64,000 nucleotides of DNA from an uncultured Planctomycetaceae bacterium (GTDB taxonomy: Bacteria > Planctomycetota > Planctomycetia > Planctomycetales > Planctomycetaceae), in contig CAWFGE010000016.1 in NCBI GenBank assembly GCA_963815195.1, positions 64,001 to 128,000 on the forward strand, written 5' to 3'. The first letter of the stretch is position 1; each line of letters starts with the position of its first letter. The position numbers and the translations under genes are program-made. Below the pieces are notes generated by a model that was not told the DNA's origin, made no database searches, and was given only the letters and a program-made list of their open reading frames with translations. Positions 54,287 through 64,000 of this stretch are shown here, one piece after another.

Positions 54287-55216
54287 ATGCCGCGAATCGC
54301 CACTTTAACGTTGAACCCGACCGTCGACAAAAGCTGCGAAGTCGAGCAAGTCGTTCCCGAGCGCAAGCTCCGATGCGGCCCGCCGACTTTTGACCCGGGC
54401 GGCGGCGGCATCAAGGTCGCCCGCGCCGTCAACCACTTGGGCGGCGAAGCGGTCGCCTTGTGGACGTGTGGCGGCGCGATCGGGGAACTGCTCAAGAGCC
54501 TGTTGGATGCGGAGGGCATCCCCAACGAGCCGATCCCCATAAAGGAGATGACCCGCGAGAACCTGATCGTGTTCGAGAATTCGAGCGGCCAGCAATTCCG
54601 TTTCGGCATGCCGGGCGCGGCACTCGCGGACGCGGAGATTCAGGATTGTCTCAATCGGCTCAAGGCCTGGGATCCGCCGCCGGATTACCTGGTGCTCAGC
54701 GGCAGTTTGCCGCCCGGCGTGGATGAGCACATCTATGCCCGCGCGGCCGAGTGCATGCCCGCGACGTGCCGGGTCGTCTTGGACACCAGCGGCCACCCGC
54801 TCCGCTGCGGGCTCAACACGCGGGCGTTTTTGATCAAGCCCAACATGGACGAACTCGCGGAACTGGCGGGCCATCCCATCGAGGGCGATCCGCAAATCCG
54901 CGACGTCGCCCGGTCGCTGATCGACGAAGGGAAAACCGAGGTCGTGGTGACCTCCTTGGGTTCCGGCGGCGCGGTCTTGACCACGGCGGAGGCCCAAGAG
55001 CACATCCGCGCTCCCACCGTCCAAATCCGCAGCAAAGTCGGAGCGGGCGACTCCACGGTCGCCGGGATTGTGCTGGCCCTCTCGCGGGGCGAGCCTTTGA
55101 ACAACGCGGTTCGCTTCGGCGTGGCCGCTGGAGCCGCCGCCGTGATGACCGACGGCACCGAACTTTGCCGCCGCGACGACACCGAACGCCTCTATCGGCA
55201 ATTGCTCCAGGGCTGA
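54287..55216 (+). CDS. 1-phosphofructokinase-family (PfkB) hexose kinase
   Basis: TLTLNPTVD, PGGGGIKVAR, LSGSLPPG, IKPN, VGAGDS. Confidence 0.92.
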   Translation: MPRIATLTLNPTVDKSCEVEQVVPERKLRCGPPTFDPGGGGIKVARAVNHLGGEAVALWTCGGAIGELLKSLLDAEGIPNEPIPIKEMTRENLIVFENSSGQQFRFGMPGAALADAEIQDCLNRLKAWDPPPDYLVLSGSLPPGVDEHIYARAAECMPATCRVVLDTSGHPLRCGLNTRAFLIKPNMDELAELAGHPIEGDPQIRDVARSLIDEGKTEVVVTSLGSGGAVLTTAEAQEHIRAPTVQIRSKVGAGDSTVAGIVLALSRGEPLNNAVRFGVAAGAAAVMTDGTELCRRDDTERLYRQLLQG

Positions 55217-55305
55217 AGCTCGGCGACGCACTGGCTGGGATCGGCGGAATTTGATACGATCGATCAATTGAATCTTCAGCACTTTTCTCATGGCTTGGTG
55301 AGTTT

Positions 55306-56643
55306 ATGAAGTCCCCCGGCAGGCAGGTTTTACTAGCGCTTGGAGTCTTGGCGGTTGCGATTTGGCTGTTGCGCGTGGACCAAGAGCCCACAACTCAGAC
55401 ATCGGCCGCGGAGACGCTCGAAGCCAAGGGGTCCCTGAAATGGTATCGTGGGAATATCCACACGCATTCGCTGTGGAGTGACGGGGACGATTACCCGGAG
55501 ATGATCGCCGCCTGGTACAAAGAGCACGGCTACCAGTTTCTGGCCTTCACCGATCACAATATTCTGCACACCACCGAACGCTGGACCGACGTGGAGCGCA
55601 ACAAAGGCAAACGCCGGGCCTACGACAAACTGAAAGCCAAGTTCGGCGACTGGGTGGACGAGCGCGAAAAGGACGGCCGGCTGGAAGTCCGGCTCAAACG
55701 GTTCGACGAAGTCCGCGGCCGACTCGCGGAACCGGGGCGGTTTTTGCTGATTCAAGGCGAAGAAATCTCCGACCGCTTCGGCCAACTGCCCATCCACCTC
55801 AACACGACGAACGTCAAGGAACTGGTTCCCCCCATGCGCGGGAAGAGCGTGGCGGACACGATCCAGAACAACGTCAACGCGGTCAACGCCCAGCGCGAAC
55901 GCACCGGGCAGCCGATGATCGTGCACCTCAATCACCCCAACTTCGGCTACGCCGTGACCGCCGAGGACTTGATGGGAATCGAGGGTGATAAATTTTTTGA
56001 GGTCTACAACGGACACCCCGGCGTGCACAATTCGGGGAACGCCGAGCACGCCTCCACGGAACGCCTGTGGGACATCGTGCTCGCCAAGCGGTTGGGCGAA
56101 CTGAAACTGCCGGTGATGTTCGGCCTCGCCACGGATGATGGGCACAACTACCACAACATCCCCAGCCGGGGCAGCGAGCCGGGCCGGGGTTGGATCATGG
56201 TTCTCGCCGACGACCTCGCCCCGGAACGGCTGATTCAAGCGATGGAAGCCGGCCGGTTTTTTGCCTCGTCGGGCGTGGCGCTCGCGAAAGTCGAGTCGTC
56301 TCCCAAAGGGCTCAAAGTCCAGGTAGAGCCGGAAGAAGGCGTGACCTATACGATCGACTTTCTGGGAACCAAACAGTCGGCCAATCTTCAGGGAGAGCCG
56401 GTGCTCGATAAGGACGGCAAACCCGTCCGGGCGACGCGGATTTATAGCGACGCCATCGGCCAGGTGTTCGCGAGCGTCCAAGGCACGGAGGCGGCTTACG
56501 AGTTCGAAGGCGACGAGCTCTATGTCCGCGCCCGCGTGACTTCGTCCAAGAAGCACCCGAACCCCTCGGAGCCGGGCGAATACGAACGCGCCTGGACGCA
56601 GCCCGCCGTCGGTCCGGCCGTGCCCGCGAGCAAAACGCGGTAG
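55306..56643 (+). CDS. Secreted PHP-like metallohydrolase
   Basis: WYRGNIHTHSLWSDG, FTDHN, GEEIS, NHPN, EVYN, ATDDGH. Confidence 0.8.
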   Translation: MKSPGRQVLLALGVLAVAIWLLRVDQEPTTQTSAAETLEAKGSLKWYRGNIHTHSLWSDGDDYPEMIAAWYKEHGYQFLAFTDHNILHTTERWTDVERNKGKRRAYDKLKAKFGDWVDEREKDGRLEVRLKRFDEVRGRLAEPGRFLLIQGEEISDRFGQLPIHLNTTNVKELVPPMRGKSVADTIQNNVNAVNAQRERTGQPMIVHLNHPNFGYAVTAEDLMGIEGDKFFEVYNGHPGVHNSGNAEHASTERLWDIVLAKRLGELKLPVMFGLATDDGHNYHNIPSRGSEPGRGWIMVLADDLAPERLIQAMEAGRFFASSGVALAKVESSPKGLKVQVEPEEGVTYTIDFLGTKQSANLQGEPVLDKDGKPVRATRIYSDAIGQVFASVQGTEAAYEFEGDELYVRARVTSSKKHPNPSEPGEYERAWTQPAVGPAVPASKTR

Positions 56644-59600
56644 ATGAGCGCGCGCAGCTTTGTGCGTTTTCTGGTGGAAATCCCAAGCACGAAATCCGAA
56701 ATCCGAGACAAATCCAAAATCCCAATGCCCCAAACAGCCCCCTCCATCCGTAACGCACATCCGACGCGCCGGGTTTTGAAATTGGAATTTCGGCCATTCG
56801 GATTTGTTTCGGATTTCGAGATTCGGATTTCGGATTTTCTGATCTGTCTCCTCTGCCTTGTTCCGCTGGCAGCCAACGCCGCCGAGCAGCCGGCGATTTC
56901 TTCTGAAGCCCGCGAGTTTTTTGAGAAGTCCGTCCGCCCGATCCTGGCGAATCACTGCTACAAATGCCACGGCCCCAAGAAGCAAAAGGGCGATTTGCGG
57001 TTGGACTCCCGCGCGGCGATCCTCGCCGGCGGCCAAACGGGACCGGCGATGACGCCCGGAAAGCCCGAGGACAGCGAACTCGTCCTGGCGATCAGCTATG
57101 ACCCGTCCGGCTATCAAATGCCTCCCACCGGCAAGCTCGACGACGATCAAATCGCCGCGATAACGAAATGGGTGAAAATGGGCGCTCCCTGGCCGGGAGA
57201 TTCGAAATCGATTCCCAAGCCGGGCGAGGAACCGGGCATCGATCTCGCCGAGCGTGCGCAGCATTGGTCGTTTCAGACCGTCGATCGGCCGGAAGTCCCG
57301 CAAACCCAAAACCAACCTTGGGCGAGAAATCCGATCGATCGATTCATCGCGGCCCGACTCGAAGCCGCCGGCCTCGAGCCCGCCCCGGAAACCGATCGGC
57401 GAACGTGGCTGAGGCGCGTGAGCTATGACCTTATCGGTTTGCCGCCCACGCCCGAAGAGGTGCAACAATTTTTGCGAGATGATTCCCCGGACGCGCACCA
57501 AAAAGTTGTCGACCGCTTGTTGGCGTCGCCCGCCTATGGAGAACGCTGGGCAAGGCATTGGCTCGATCTCGTTCGCTACGCGGAAACTGCGGGCCACGAG
57601 TTCGATTATGAGATCGAGTATTCCGCGCCCTATCGGGACTACATGGTCCGCGCTTTGAATGCCGATGTTCCCTTTCGCCAACTCATCCTGGAGCACATCG
57701 CCGGCGATTTGTTGCCCAGCCCGCGCCGGCATCCGGCCACGAACAGCAACGAGTCGATCGTCGGCACGGGGTTTTACTGGTTCGGGCAGGGAAAGCATTC
57801 GCCCGTGGATATCCGCGCGGAAGAATGCGACTGTATGGACAACCAGATCGATGTCCTGGGAAAAACCTTTCTCGGGCTGACGATCGCCTGCGCTCGCTGC
57901 CACGATCATAAGTTCGATCCGATCACCACAACCGATTACTACGCCATCTCCGGTTTTCTGCAAAGTTCTCGCCGGCAGCATGCTTTCATCGATCCCTCCG
58001 AACCCGTCGAGAAAATTGTCGCGGAGATCGACGACATCCAGAAACGGCAAAGCCAACTTGTCGCAAACGCCGCGGCGAAACACGCGGCATTGACGCATGA
58101 CGTTCTCGACCGCGTGTTAAAAGAATCCCGCGAGCCGGCGCGCAAAGACCCGTCGCACCCGCTTCATGCTTGGGCCGTCCTGGCGGAAAAAAACGGCACC
58201 GATGAATTTCAATCCACAAAAAACAATCTCGCTCGGCAACAACAGAGCTTAGGCGCGTCTTCTGAATCTTTTGAAGTCATCGCCGATTTTACTCCGGCAA
58301 ACTTGAGCCAGTGGAAGCACACGGGCCAGGCCTTTCCGGCCGGAACGATTCCCGCAGGCAGGCTTTCGACGAAGGCGGATCGCGTCGAGATTCTTTTGCC
58401 CGACACGGCTCACAGCGGCGTTTACGCGAAGCGGCTCCAAGGCGTTCTGCGCTCGCCCACGTTTTCCATCTCCAAACGGTATATTCATTACCGCATGCAC
58501 CGCGTGGGAGGACGACCCAATCCCGGGCGGGCGACGAAAAACGGCCAGGTGCATTTGATCGTCGATGGCTTTCAATTCATCAAGAACCCGCTTTACGGCC
58601 AGTTGACCATCAATGTCCAACAGGAAGATGCATTTCGCTGGTATCGCCAGGACCTGGAAAAGTTTGGCGGAGCCAATGCCTATATCGAAATCCAAGACGA
58701 GGACGACGGCTATCTTGTCGTGGACCGGATCGTGTCCTCCGATTCGCCGGAAACTCCGCAAGAGGGAAACTCGCTGGTCTGGGCTTTATTGAAAGACCCG
58801 CAAATTGCAACGCCCGCCGAGCTGAAAGCGGGGCTTCACCGGTTGTTGAACGAATCTCTCCGGTGTTGGAAGACGGGCGAATGGCCCGCGGATTCGCATC
58901 CGCGCGAACGTGCCGAACTTCTGAATCCTGTCCTTCAAGCGATTTCCCTGCGGGAGCTTTTGACGGAAGAACAGCAAGCGGAATTCGCCGCGCTCCACGA
59001 ACGGCTCAAAGGGCTCGATCAATCGATTCCGGAGCCGCGCCGGGCGGTGGCGATGGCGGACGGAACCGGCGAAGACGCCCGCGTCCTGATTCGCGGAAAC
59101 CACAAAAAGCCTGGAAAACAAGCCCCCCGGCGGTTCTTGGAGGTGTTTTGGCAAGAGGAGCCGCCGCCGAAATACACCGGGAGCGGCCGGCTGGATCTGG
59201 CCCGCCGAATTGCGAATCCCGAGAACCCGCTGACGGCCCGCGTGCTGGTCAATCGGTTGTGGCTGCATCATTTCGGGCGGGGCATCGTCGCCACGCCGGA
59301 CGACTTCGGCAAGATGGGACAACCGCCCACGCACCCCGAACTCCTGGATTGGCTCGCGGCCGAGTTTATAAAAAGCCGCTGGTCGATTAAGCACATGCAT
59401 CGCTTGATGGTTCTGTCGAGCACCTACCGCATGTCGAGCCGGCTTGAGGTCTCGGCCGAAAAACCTTCGCAGCCCGATCCCGAGCGCGTGGATCCCGGCA
59501 ATCGCTTGTGGCACCGCATGCCAGTGCAGCGGCTCGAAGGGGAGATCATCCGCGACGCGATCCTGGCGATTTCGGGACGGCTCGACCGCCGCATGGAAGG

Positions 59601-60075
59601 CCCGAGCGTGCCGCCGTATCTAACGCCTTTCATGGAAGGCCGAGGCCGGCCCGGCCGCTCCGGTCCGCTCGACAGCGACGGCCGGCGGAGCCTTTATATC
59701 AACGTCCGCAGGAATTTTCTCACGCCGATGTTTCTCGCCTTCGATTACCCCACGCCGTTCACCACGATGGGCCGGCGGAGCGTCTCCAACGTTCCGGCTC
59801 AAGCGCTCACGATGATGAACAATCCCTTTGTAATCGAGCAGGCGCAGACCTGGGCGAACCGCGTGCTCGCCGAGACTCATCCAGATTCCGCGAGCCGCAT
59901 CCGCCGGCTTTACGAAACGGCCTACACCCGGCCGCCCACAAAAAAGGAACTCGCCGCAGCGCTCGAATTTCTCGACACGCAGGGAAAAGAATACACGGGC
60001 CCCGATGATCCCCGCACCTGGGCCGATCTGTGTCATGTGTTAATGAACGTGAAGGAATTCGTTTTTGTGAATTGA
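56644..60075 (+). CDS. PSD1 / planctomycete cytochrome c domain protein (PSCyt1 + DUF1549 + DUF1553)
   Basis: FFEKSVRPILANHCYKCH, NPIDRFI, YGERWARHWLD, CARCHDHKFDP, PTHPELLDWLA, PAQALTMMN. Confidence 0.95.
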   Translation: MSARSFVRFLVEIPSTKSEIRDKSKIPMPQTAPSIRNAHPTRRVLKLEFRPFGFVSDFEIRISDFLICLLCLVPLAANAAEQPAISSEAREFFEKSVRPILANHCYKCHGPKKQKGDLRLDSRAAILAGGQTGPAMTPGKPEDSELVLAISYDPSGYQMPPTGKLDDDQIAAITKWVKMGAPWPGDSKSIPKPGEEPGIDLAERAQHWSFQTVDRPEVPQTQNQPWARNPIDRFIAARLEAAGLEPAPETDRRTWLRRVSYDLIGLPPTPEEVQQFLRDDSPDAHQKVVDRLLASPAYGERWARHWLDLVRYAETAGHEFDYEIEYSAPYRDYMVRALNADVPFRQLILEHIAGDLLPSPRRHPATNSNESIVGTGFYWFGQGKHSPVDIRAEECDCMDNQIDVLGKTFLGLTIACARCHDHKFDPITTTDYYAISGFLQSSRRQHAFIDPSEPVEKIVAEIDDIQKRQSQLVANAAAKHAALTHDVLDRVLKESREPARKDPSHPLHAWAVLAEKNGTDEFQSTKNNLARQQQSLGASSESFEVIADFTPANLSQWKHTGQAFPAGTIPAGRLSTKADRVEILLPDTAHSGVYAKRLQGVLRSPTFSISKRYIHYRMHRVGGRPNPGRATKNGQVHLIVDGFQFIKNPLYGQLTINVQQEDAFRWYRQDLEKFGGANAYIEIQDEDDGYLVVDRIVSSDSPETPQEGNSLVWALLKDPQIATPAELKAGLHRLLNESLRCWKTGEWPADSHPRERAELLNPVLQAISLRELLTEEQQAEFAALHERLKGLDQSIPEPRRAVAMADGTGEDARVLIRGNHKKPGKQAPRRFLEVFWQEEPPPKYTGSGRLDLARRIANPENPLTARVLVNRLWLHHFGRGIVATPDDFGKMGQPPTHPELLDWLAAEFIKSRWSIKHMHRLMVLSSTYRMSSRLEVSAEKPSQPDPERVDPGNRLWHRMPVQRLEGEIIRDAILAISGRLDRRMEGPSVPPYLTPFMEGRGRPGRSGPLDSDGRRSLYINVRRNFLTPMFLAFDYPTPFTTMGRRSVSNVPAQALTMMNNPFVIEQAQTWANRVLAETHPDSASRIRRLYETAYTRPPTKKELAAALEFLDTQGKEYTGPDDPRTWADLCHVLMNVKEFVFVN
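56678..56838 (+). repeat. Palindromic element of about 155 bp built from AAATCCG-like heptamers (copy 1, inside the CDS)
   Basis: gcacgaaatccgaaatccgagacaaatcc...ggatttgtttcggatttcgagattcggatttcggattt. Confidence 0.8.
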
Positions 60076-60126
60076 GCGAACGTTATACGCCACATTGTTC
60101 CTGGTTTCTTATCAATCGAATCGTCT

Positions 60127-61554
60127 ATGCATTGCCAGCGTTTTTTGGATCGTCCGCGAAGTCGGCGGGAGATGTTGTTGCAGGCGGCCAATGGCTTTGG
60201 AGCCGTCGCTATGGCTGCGCTCATGGCGGAAGCGGATTACGGGAAAGTCCTCGCCCAGACGGGGCCGATGGATGCCAAGGCCCCGATGTATCGCGCGCGG
60301 GCGAAGAACGTGATCTTCCTCTATATGGACGGCGGCCCGTCGCAGATGGATACGTTCGATCCCAAGCCTCGCCTGGACCGCGAGCACGGCCGGCCCATTC
60401 AAACCAAGGTCCAGCCCACGCAGTTCGACAACGTGGGCAAGGTCCTCAAGTCGCCCTGGAAGTTCCGCCGGCATGGGGAGAGCGGAATCCCCGTGAGCGA
60501 ACTCTTCCCGCACGTGGCCGGGTGCGTCGACGATCTGTGCATTATCCGCTCGATGACCTCGGCGTTCTCCGAACATACGAACGCCAACTATTTCCTGCAC
60601 ACAGGGCATGGTCTCCAGGGCCGGCCGAGCATGGGGGCGTGGGTGACCTATGGCCTTGGTTCCGAATGCCAAAACCTGCCCGGGTTCGTCGTGCTCAACG
60701 GGGGATTGATTCCGCCCGGCGGATTGGATTGCTTTCACAACGGGTTCCTGCCCGCGACGTTTCAGGGTTCGATCTTCAAGCAGGGGGCCCAGCCTGTCGC
60801 CGACCTCAACCGGTCCGAAAAATCGTCCGACCTCCAGCGCCGGAAGCTGGAACTCATGCATCGGCTGGACGCGGGCGTCCTGGGGCGAATGGGCCGGCAC
60901 GATCAACTCGAGTCGGCGATCCAAAACTACGAACTCGCCTACCAGATGCAAACCGCCGTCCCCGGTTTGATGGACATTCATCAGGAATCTAAAGCGACGC
61001 AGAGGCTTTATGGATTGGATGCCGACTTTCCGCAGACGCGAACCTACGGCCATCAATGCCTGGTCGCCCGGCGGCTCGTCGAGCGCGGCGTGCGGTTCAT
61101 CGAACTCACCTGCCCGCAGGTGCGCGGCGACCGCTGGGATCAGCACAGTAACCTAAAAGACGGCCACACGCACAATGCGCTCGCCGTCGATCAACCCATC
61201 TCCGCCCTCCTAAAAGATCTGAAGTCCCGCGGCCTCTTGGACGAGACGCTCGTGATCTGGGCGGGAGAATTCGGCCGGACGCCGATGGCCCAGGGCACCG
61301 ACGGCCGGGACCATAACCCGTTCGGCTACACGATCTGGATGGCCGGCGGCGGCATCCGCGGGGGAATGATTTACGGAGCCACCGACGACTACGGCTACTA
61401 TGCCGTCGAGAACAAGCTGGAAATCTACGACCTCCACGCCACGATGCTCGCCGCGTTAGGGATCGAGCATACGAAGCTCACCGTGCGCTTCAGCGGCCGC
61501 GACATGCGGCTGACCGATGTGCATGGGCACGTGGTCGAAGAGATTTTCGTTTGA
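60127..61554 (+). CDS. DUF1501 domain protein (Tat-like RR leader)
   Basis: SRREML, AKNVIFLYMDGGPSQMDTFDPKP, ARRLVERGVRF, WDQH, GEFGRTP, GRDHNP. Confidence 0.95.
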   Translation: MHCQRFLDRPRSRREMLLQAANGFGAVAMAALMAEADYGKVLAQTGPMDAKAPMYRARAKNVIFLYMDGGPSQMDTFDPKPRLDREHGRPIQTKVQPTQFDNVGKVLKSPWKFRRHGESGIPVSELFPHVAGCVDDLCIIRSMTSAFSEHTNANYFLHTGHGLQGRPSMGAWVTYGLGSECQNLPGFVVLNGGLIPPGGLDCFHNGFLPATFQGSIFKQGAQPVADLNRSEKSSDLQRRKLELMHRLDAGVLGRMGRHDQLESAIQNYELAYQMQTAVPGLMDIHQESKATQRLYGLDADFPQTRTYGHQCLVARRLVERGVRFIELTCPQVRGDRWDQHSNLKDGHTHNALAVDQPISALLKDLKSRGLLDETLVIWAGEFGRTPMAQGTDGRDHNPFGYTIWMAGGGIRGGMIYGATDDYGYYAVENKLEIYDLHATMLAALGIEHTKLTVRFSGRDMRLTDVHGHVVEEIFV

Positions 61555-61609
61555 TCGTCCGCACATTTTCATGCCGATTGCGAAGGTGGAAGCTTAGATT
61601 CGGGCTGGT

Positions 61610-61763
61610 AAATCCGAAATCCGAATCTCGAAATCCGAAACAAATCCCAATGGCCGAAATTCAAATATCCAAACCGGGCGAGTCGAGTGTGCTTTATGAA
61701 TCGGGGATTCGTTTGGGACATTAGGATTTTGAATTTGTTTCGGATTTCGTGCTTTGGATTTTC
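61610..61763 (-). repeat. Same heptamer palindromic element (copy 2, inverted, intergenic)
   Basis: Reverse complement aligns along the whole of copy 1, including the central spacer. Confidence 0.8.
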
Positions 61764-61794
61764 GCCAAGAACTCGCAAACTTGTGTACGCGGAT

Positions 61795-62265
61795 TTAGCT
61801 TTCGTCTTGCACCTCGACCCAGAGAGCAATCTGCACCGGGGCATTGAGGGGCATTTCGCTCGTTCCCAAGGCGACGCGGGTGTGTTTGCCGGGTTCTCCG
61901 AAGGCCTCGGCCAGAATTTCCGACGCCGTGTTGAGCACCACCGGCTGCTGCTGAAACCCCGGTGCCGAATGCACGAAACCTTCCAGCCGGACGATGCGGG
62001 CGACGTGGTCCAAGTTGCCTATGCAGGCTTTCACCTGGGCGAGCGCATTGAGGACGCACAACCGAGCGGCGAATTGGCCCTCTTCGATTGTCAGATCGTG
62101 GCCCACCTTGCCTTCAAACGCCAGTTCTTTCCCGACGAAAGGCAGTTGCCCGCTGGTCACGACCTGGTTTCCGCTGCGGACCACAGGGACATAAAAGCCC
62201 ACGGGAGCCGGGGCTTGGGGAAGCGCGTGTCCCATCTCCGCGAGTCGCTCTTCGACATGGCTCAT
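61795..62265 (-). CDS. RidA/YjgF family protein
   Basis: LPQAPAPVGFYVP, TSGQLP, FGEPGKHTRVALG..EMPLNAPV. Confidence 0.9.
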   Translation of the reverse strand: MSHVEERLAEMGHALPQAPAPVGFYVPVVRSGNQVVTSGQLPFVGKELAFEGKVGHDLTIEEGQFAARLCVLNALAQVKACIGNLDHVARIVRLEGFVHSAPGFQQQPVVLNTASEILAEAFGEPGKHTRVALGTSEMPLNAPVQIALWVEVQDES

Positions 62266-62372
62266 CAATTTGTTCTCCAGAACGCGATTTTCGGATTCCG
62301 CGGGTTTCCATGGCAGGAAGGGTTTATCGTGACTCATCCACCAGCGAATTGCAAGGATTCCCGAATTTTCCC

Positions 62373-63619
62373 CAGGGCCGCCCGCTTTTATAAGATGCCC
62401 AGTTTGGCAAGGAGTTGGTTGACTTTGAGGGCATTTTCCCGGAGGGCGGCGGCGATATTCGTGTGGCCCAGGCGGCGCAACAGGCCGATGGCGGCGTTTC
62501 GGACCGTCGCCAGGTTCTCGGGGGCCGAACCCGTGCGGATGCGGCTGGCGTCTTCTCCCATCGTGACATCCCGAACATAATGCAATTGGTTCTCGATCTT
62601 CCAATGATCTCGCGACCAGGTTAAAAGTGTTGCCGCATTGGCCTGGGAGCGGGGCACGCTCGTGATGGCGTATTCCACCTCGCGAGTGGTCTCGCCGCCG
62701 CGGGTAACCGTTCGCGTGATTTGGCAAACCTGGCCCACGTGCGGCCAATCCAGATAATCATTTAAGCTCGTCGAACTCACCAGCCGGCGATGTTCAACGC
62801 GGCCCCGTGATTTTTCGAGCGTCTCGAACTCATCTCGCTCGGCCTGGTATTCCCGCTGGACGTAGGGGGGGAAAAGGCCTCCGTGTTCACGAAGGCCGAT
62901 TCGATGTTTTGCCGAAGCGTGGGTTGGTTGTCCTTGACCACCACGAAATAATGGCCGCCGCGGTCCCGAATCTTCTCGCACACCTCACGCTGGCAAAAGA
63001 TGGCATCCCCCACAATCACACGGCCCTCGAGCACCAGCGATTCCAAGAGTTCCATCGCCGCCTTATGCTCGTTGGTCTTCTCATCCACCGGCATTTGGCT
63101 CAGCACACAGCCTAATTTGTGATCCAGCGCCGAGAGCAGATGAATCGCGGCTCATGCGCCGTCAGCGTGCCCCGCAACGTCTTGCCATCGATCGAGGTCG
63201 CCGACAATTCCTCGTCGAGAGATAGTTCGAGTCCGTCCTGCACCCAGCGGGTCAGGGCGTCGGCGAACGCCTCGGCCGAAAGCCGCGAGAAGAGTTCTTC
63301 AAAACAGGTGGACTTTGGCGGGATTCGCTTGAACCCAAGCCGATGCCAGGTCGAGACGGGCTGCAAATGCAACCACTGCACAATCGCTTGATAACTGCGG
63401 GAACCACAGAGCACCGCGCAGACAACCGTGGCCAGCATGGCCGAGAGAGGGTGACGTAGTCCCTGACGCCCCCGTGGATCAGGAACTTGCGACACAAAGG
63501 CCAGCAAGCTCCTCCCGGGAGCAGAAGCCATCGAATCCATCCTCCAAGGGAGAAAAATGTTCCGTCAAACTTCCAACATTCTACCCAACACCCGCCTCAT
63601 AAAAAAGCGGGACGCCCTG
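62373..63619 (-). mobile_element. ISAs1-family insertion sequence with 17-bp IRs and 10-bp TSD; transposase 62388..63540 in three frames
   Basis: IRs CAGGGCcgCCCGCTTTT / CAGGGCgtCCCGCTTTT; TSD GAATTTTCCC at 62363-62372 and 63620-63629; [43 protein letters not shown]. Confidence 0.95.
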
Positions 63620-63731
63620 GAATTTTCCCGGCCCTCGGTTGCAAGTCCGGCAGGGGTGGTTAAACTACGAGGTTTCCGCACCGAAAATCCCGGTTTGTGC
63701 AGGTTTGTTCCCGTGTTTGAGGAGAAGTTAG

Positions 63732-64000
63732 GTGGCCGTTCGGATTCGCATGAAACGTTTCGGGCGCAGGCATCGCCCGTTCTTCCGCATTTGCGTGATG
63801 GACGCCCGCAGCCCGCGCGACGGCAAGGCAATTGAAGAACTCGGCTATTACGATCCGATGGTTCGCGACAAGTCGCAGCGCGTGAGCCTCAAAATGGACC
63901 GCGTGGATTACTGGATGTCCGTCGGGGCCCAGCCTTCGGAAAAGGTCTCCACGCTGATTAAGAAAGTCAAGAACAACAAGTTCGGCAAAGCCGCCCCGCC
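63732..64000 (+). CDS. rpsP: 30S ribosomal protein S16, 3'-partial
   Basis: Hand translation from GTG 63732 (RBS aggag): MAVRIRMKRFGRRHRPFFRICVMDARSPRDGKAIEELGYYDP...GAQPSEKV. Confidence 0.96.
   Translation, partial: MAVRIRMKRFGRRHRPFFRICVMDARSPRDGKAIEELGYYDPMVRDKSQRVSLKMDRVDYWMSVGAQPSEKVSTLIKKVKNNKFGKAAP

Noticed and set aside
55333..58098. 921-aa minus-strand ORF (also 49137..51302, 37561..38946, 33865..35148, 25472..26938)
   Set aside because: These are antisense shadows of well-supported genes in GC-rich DNA, with no recognisable motifs. For 25472..26938 only the last 130 or so residues are real.
1..64000. tRNA or rRNA genes, intact prophage
   Set aside because: None recognised by eye; tRNAscan-SE or Infernal would be needed to exclude them formally.

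Overview
This is a GC-rich Planctomycetota-type genomic window, judged from DUF1559 prepilin-like genes, an LEPR-XLL surface protein, ECF-sigma/Ser-Thr-kinase pairs and a PSD1-DUF1501 operon. Roughly 0.8-33.15 kb is an accessory mosaic. It holds three DUF1559 genes, two ECF/STK pairs, a large PKD/RTX surface protein, remnants of IS3, IS21, an rve transposase and a group II intron, two nested large-serine-recombinase (LSR) elements inside IS21 istB sequences, a phage-like repeat-protein fragment, and a four-gene cargo between direct repeats. The rest is mostly core-like genes (sulfatase, aldolase, SDR, DegT, mutS, prpB, pfkB-family kinase, PSD1/DUF1501, ridA, rpsP). It is interrupted by a REP/attC/IS3 patchwork at 40.9-44.9 kb and an ISAs1 with a 10-bp target duplication. 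The best candidate for an undescribed system is a 2.47-kb three-gene LSR element (20398-22870). Its first ORF has no start codon of its own in the integrated state; joining the two ends at a GT core would build a symmetric att site (ATGG-N4-GT-N4-CCAT) and fuse an RBS+ATG in frame to that ORF, which predicts an excision-switched gene. Many genes carry single-base frameshifts, probably long-read consensus errors, so pseudogene calls are tentative. All family assignments are from motif recognition by eye, not database searches.
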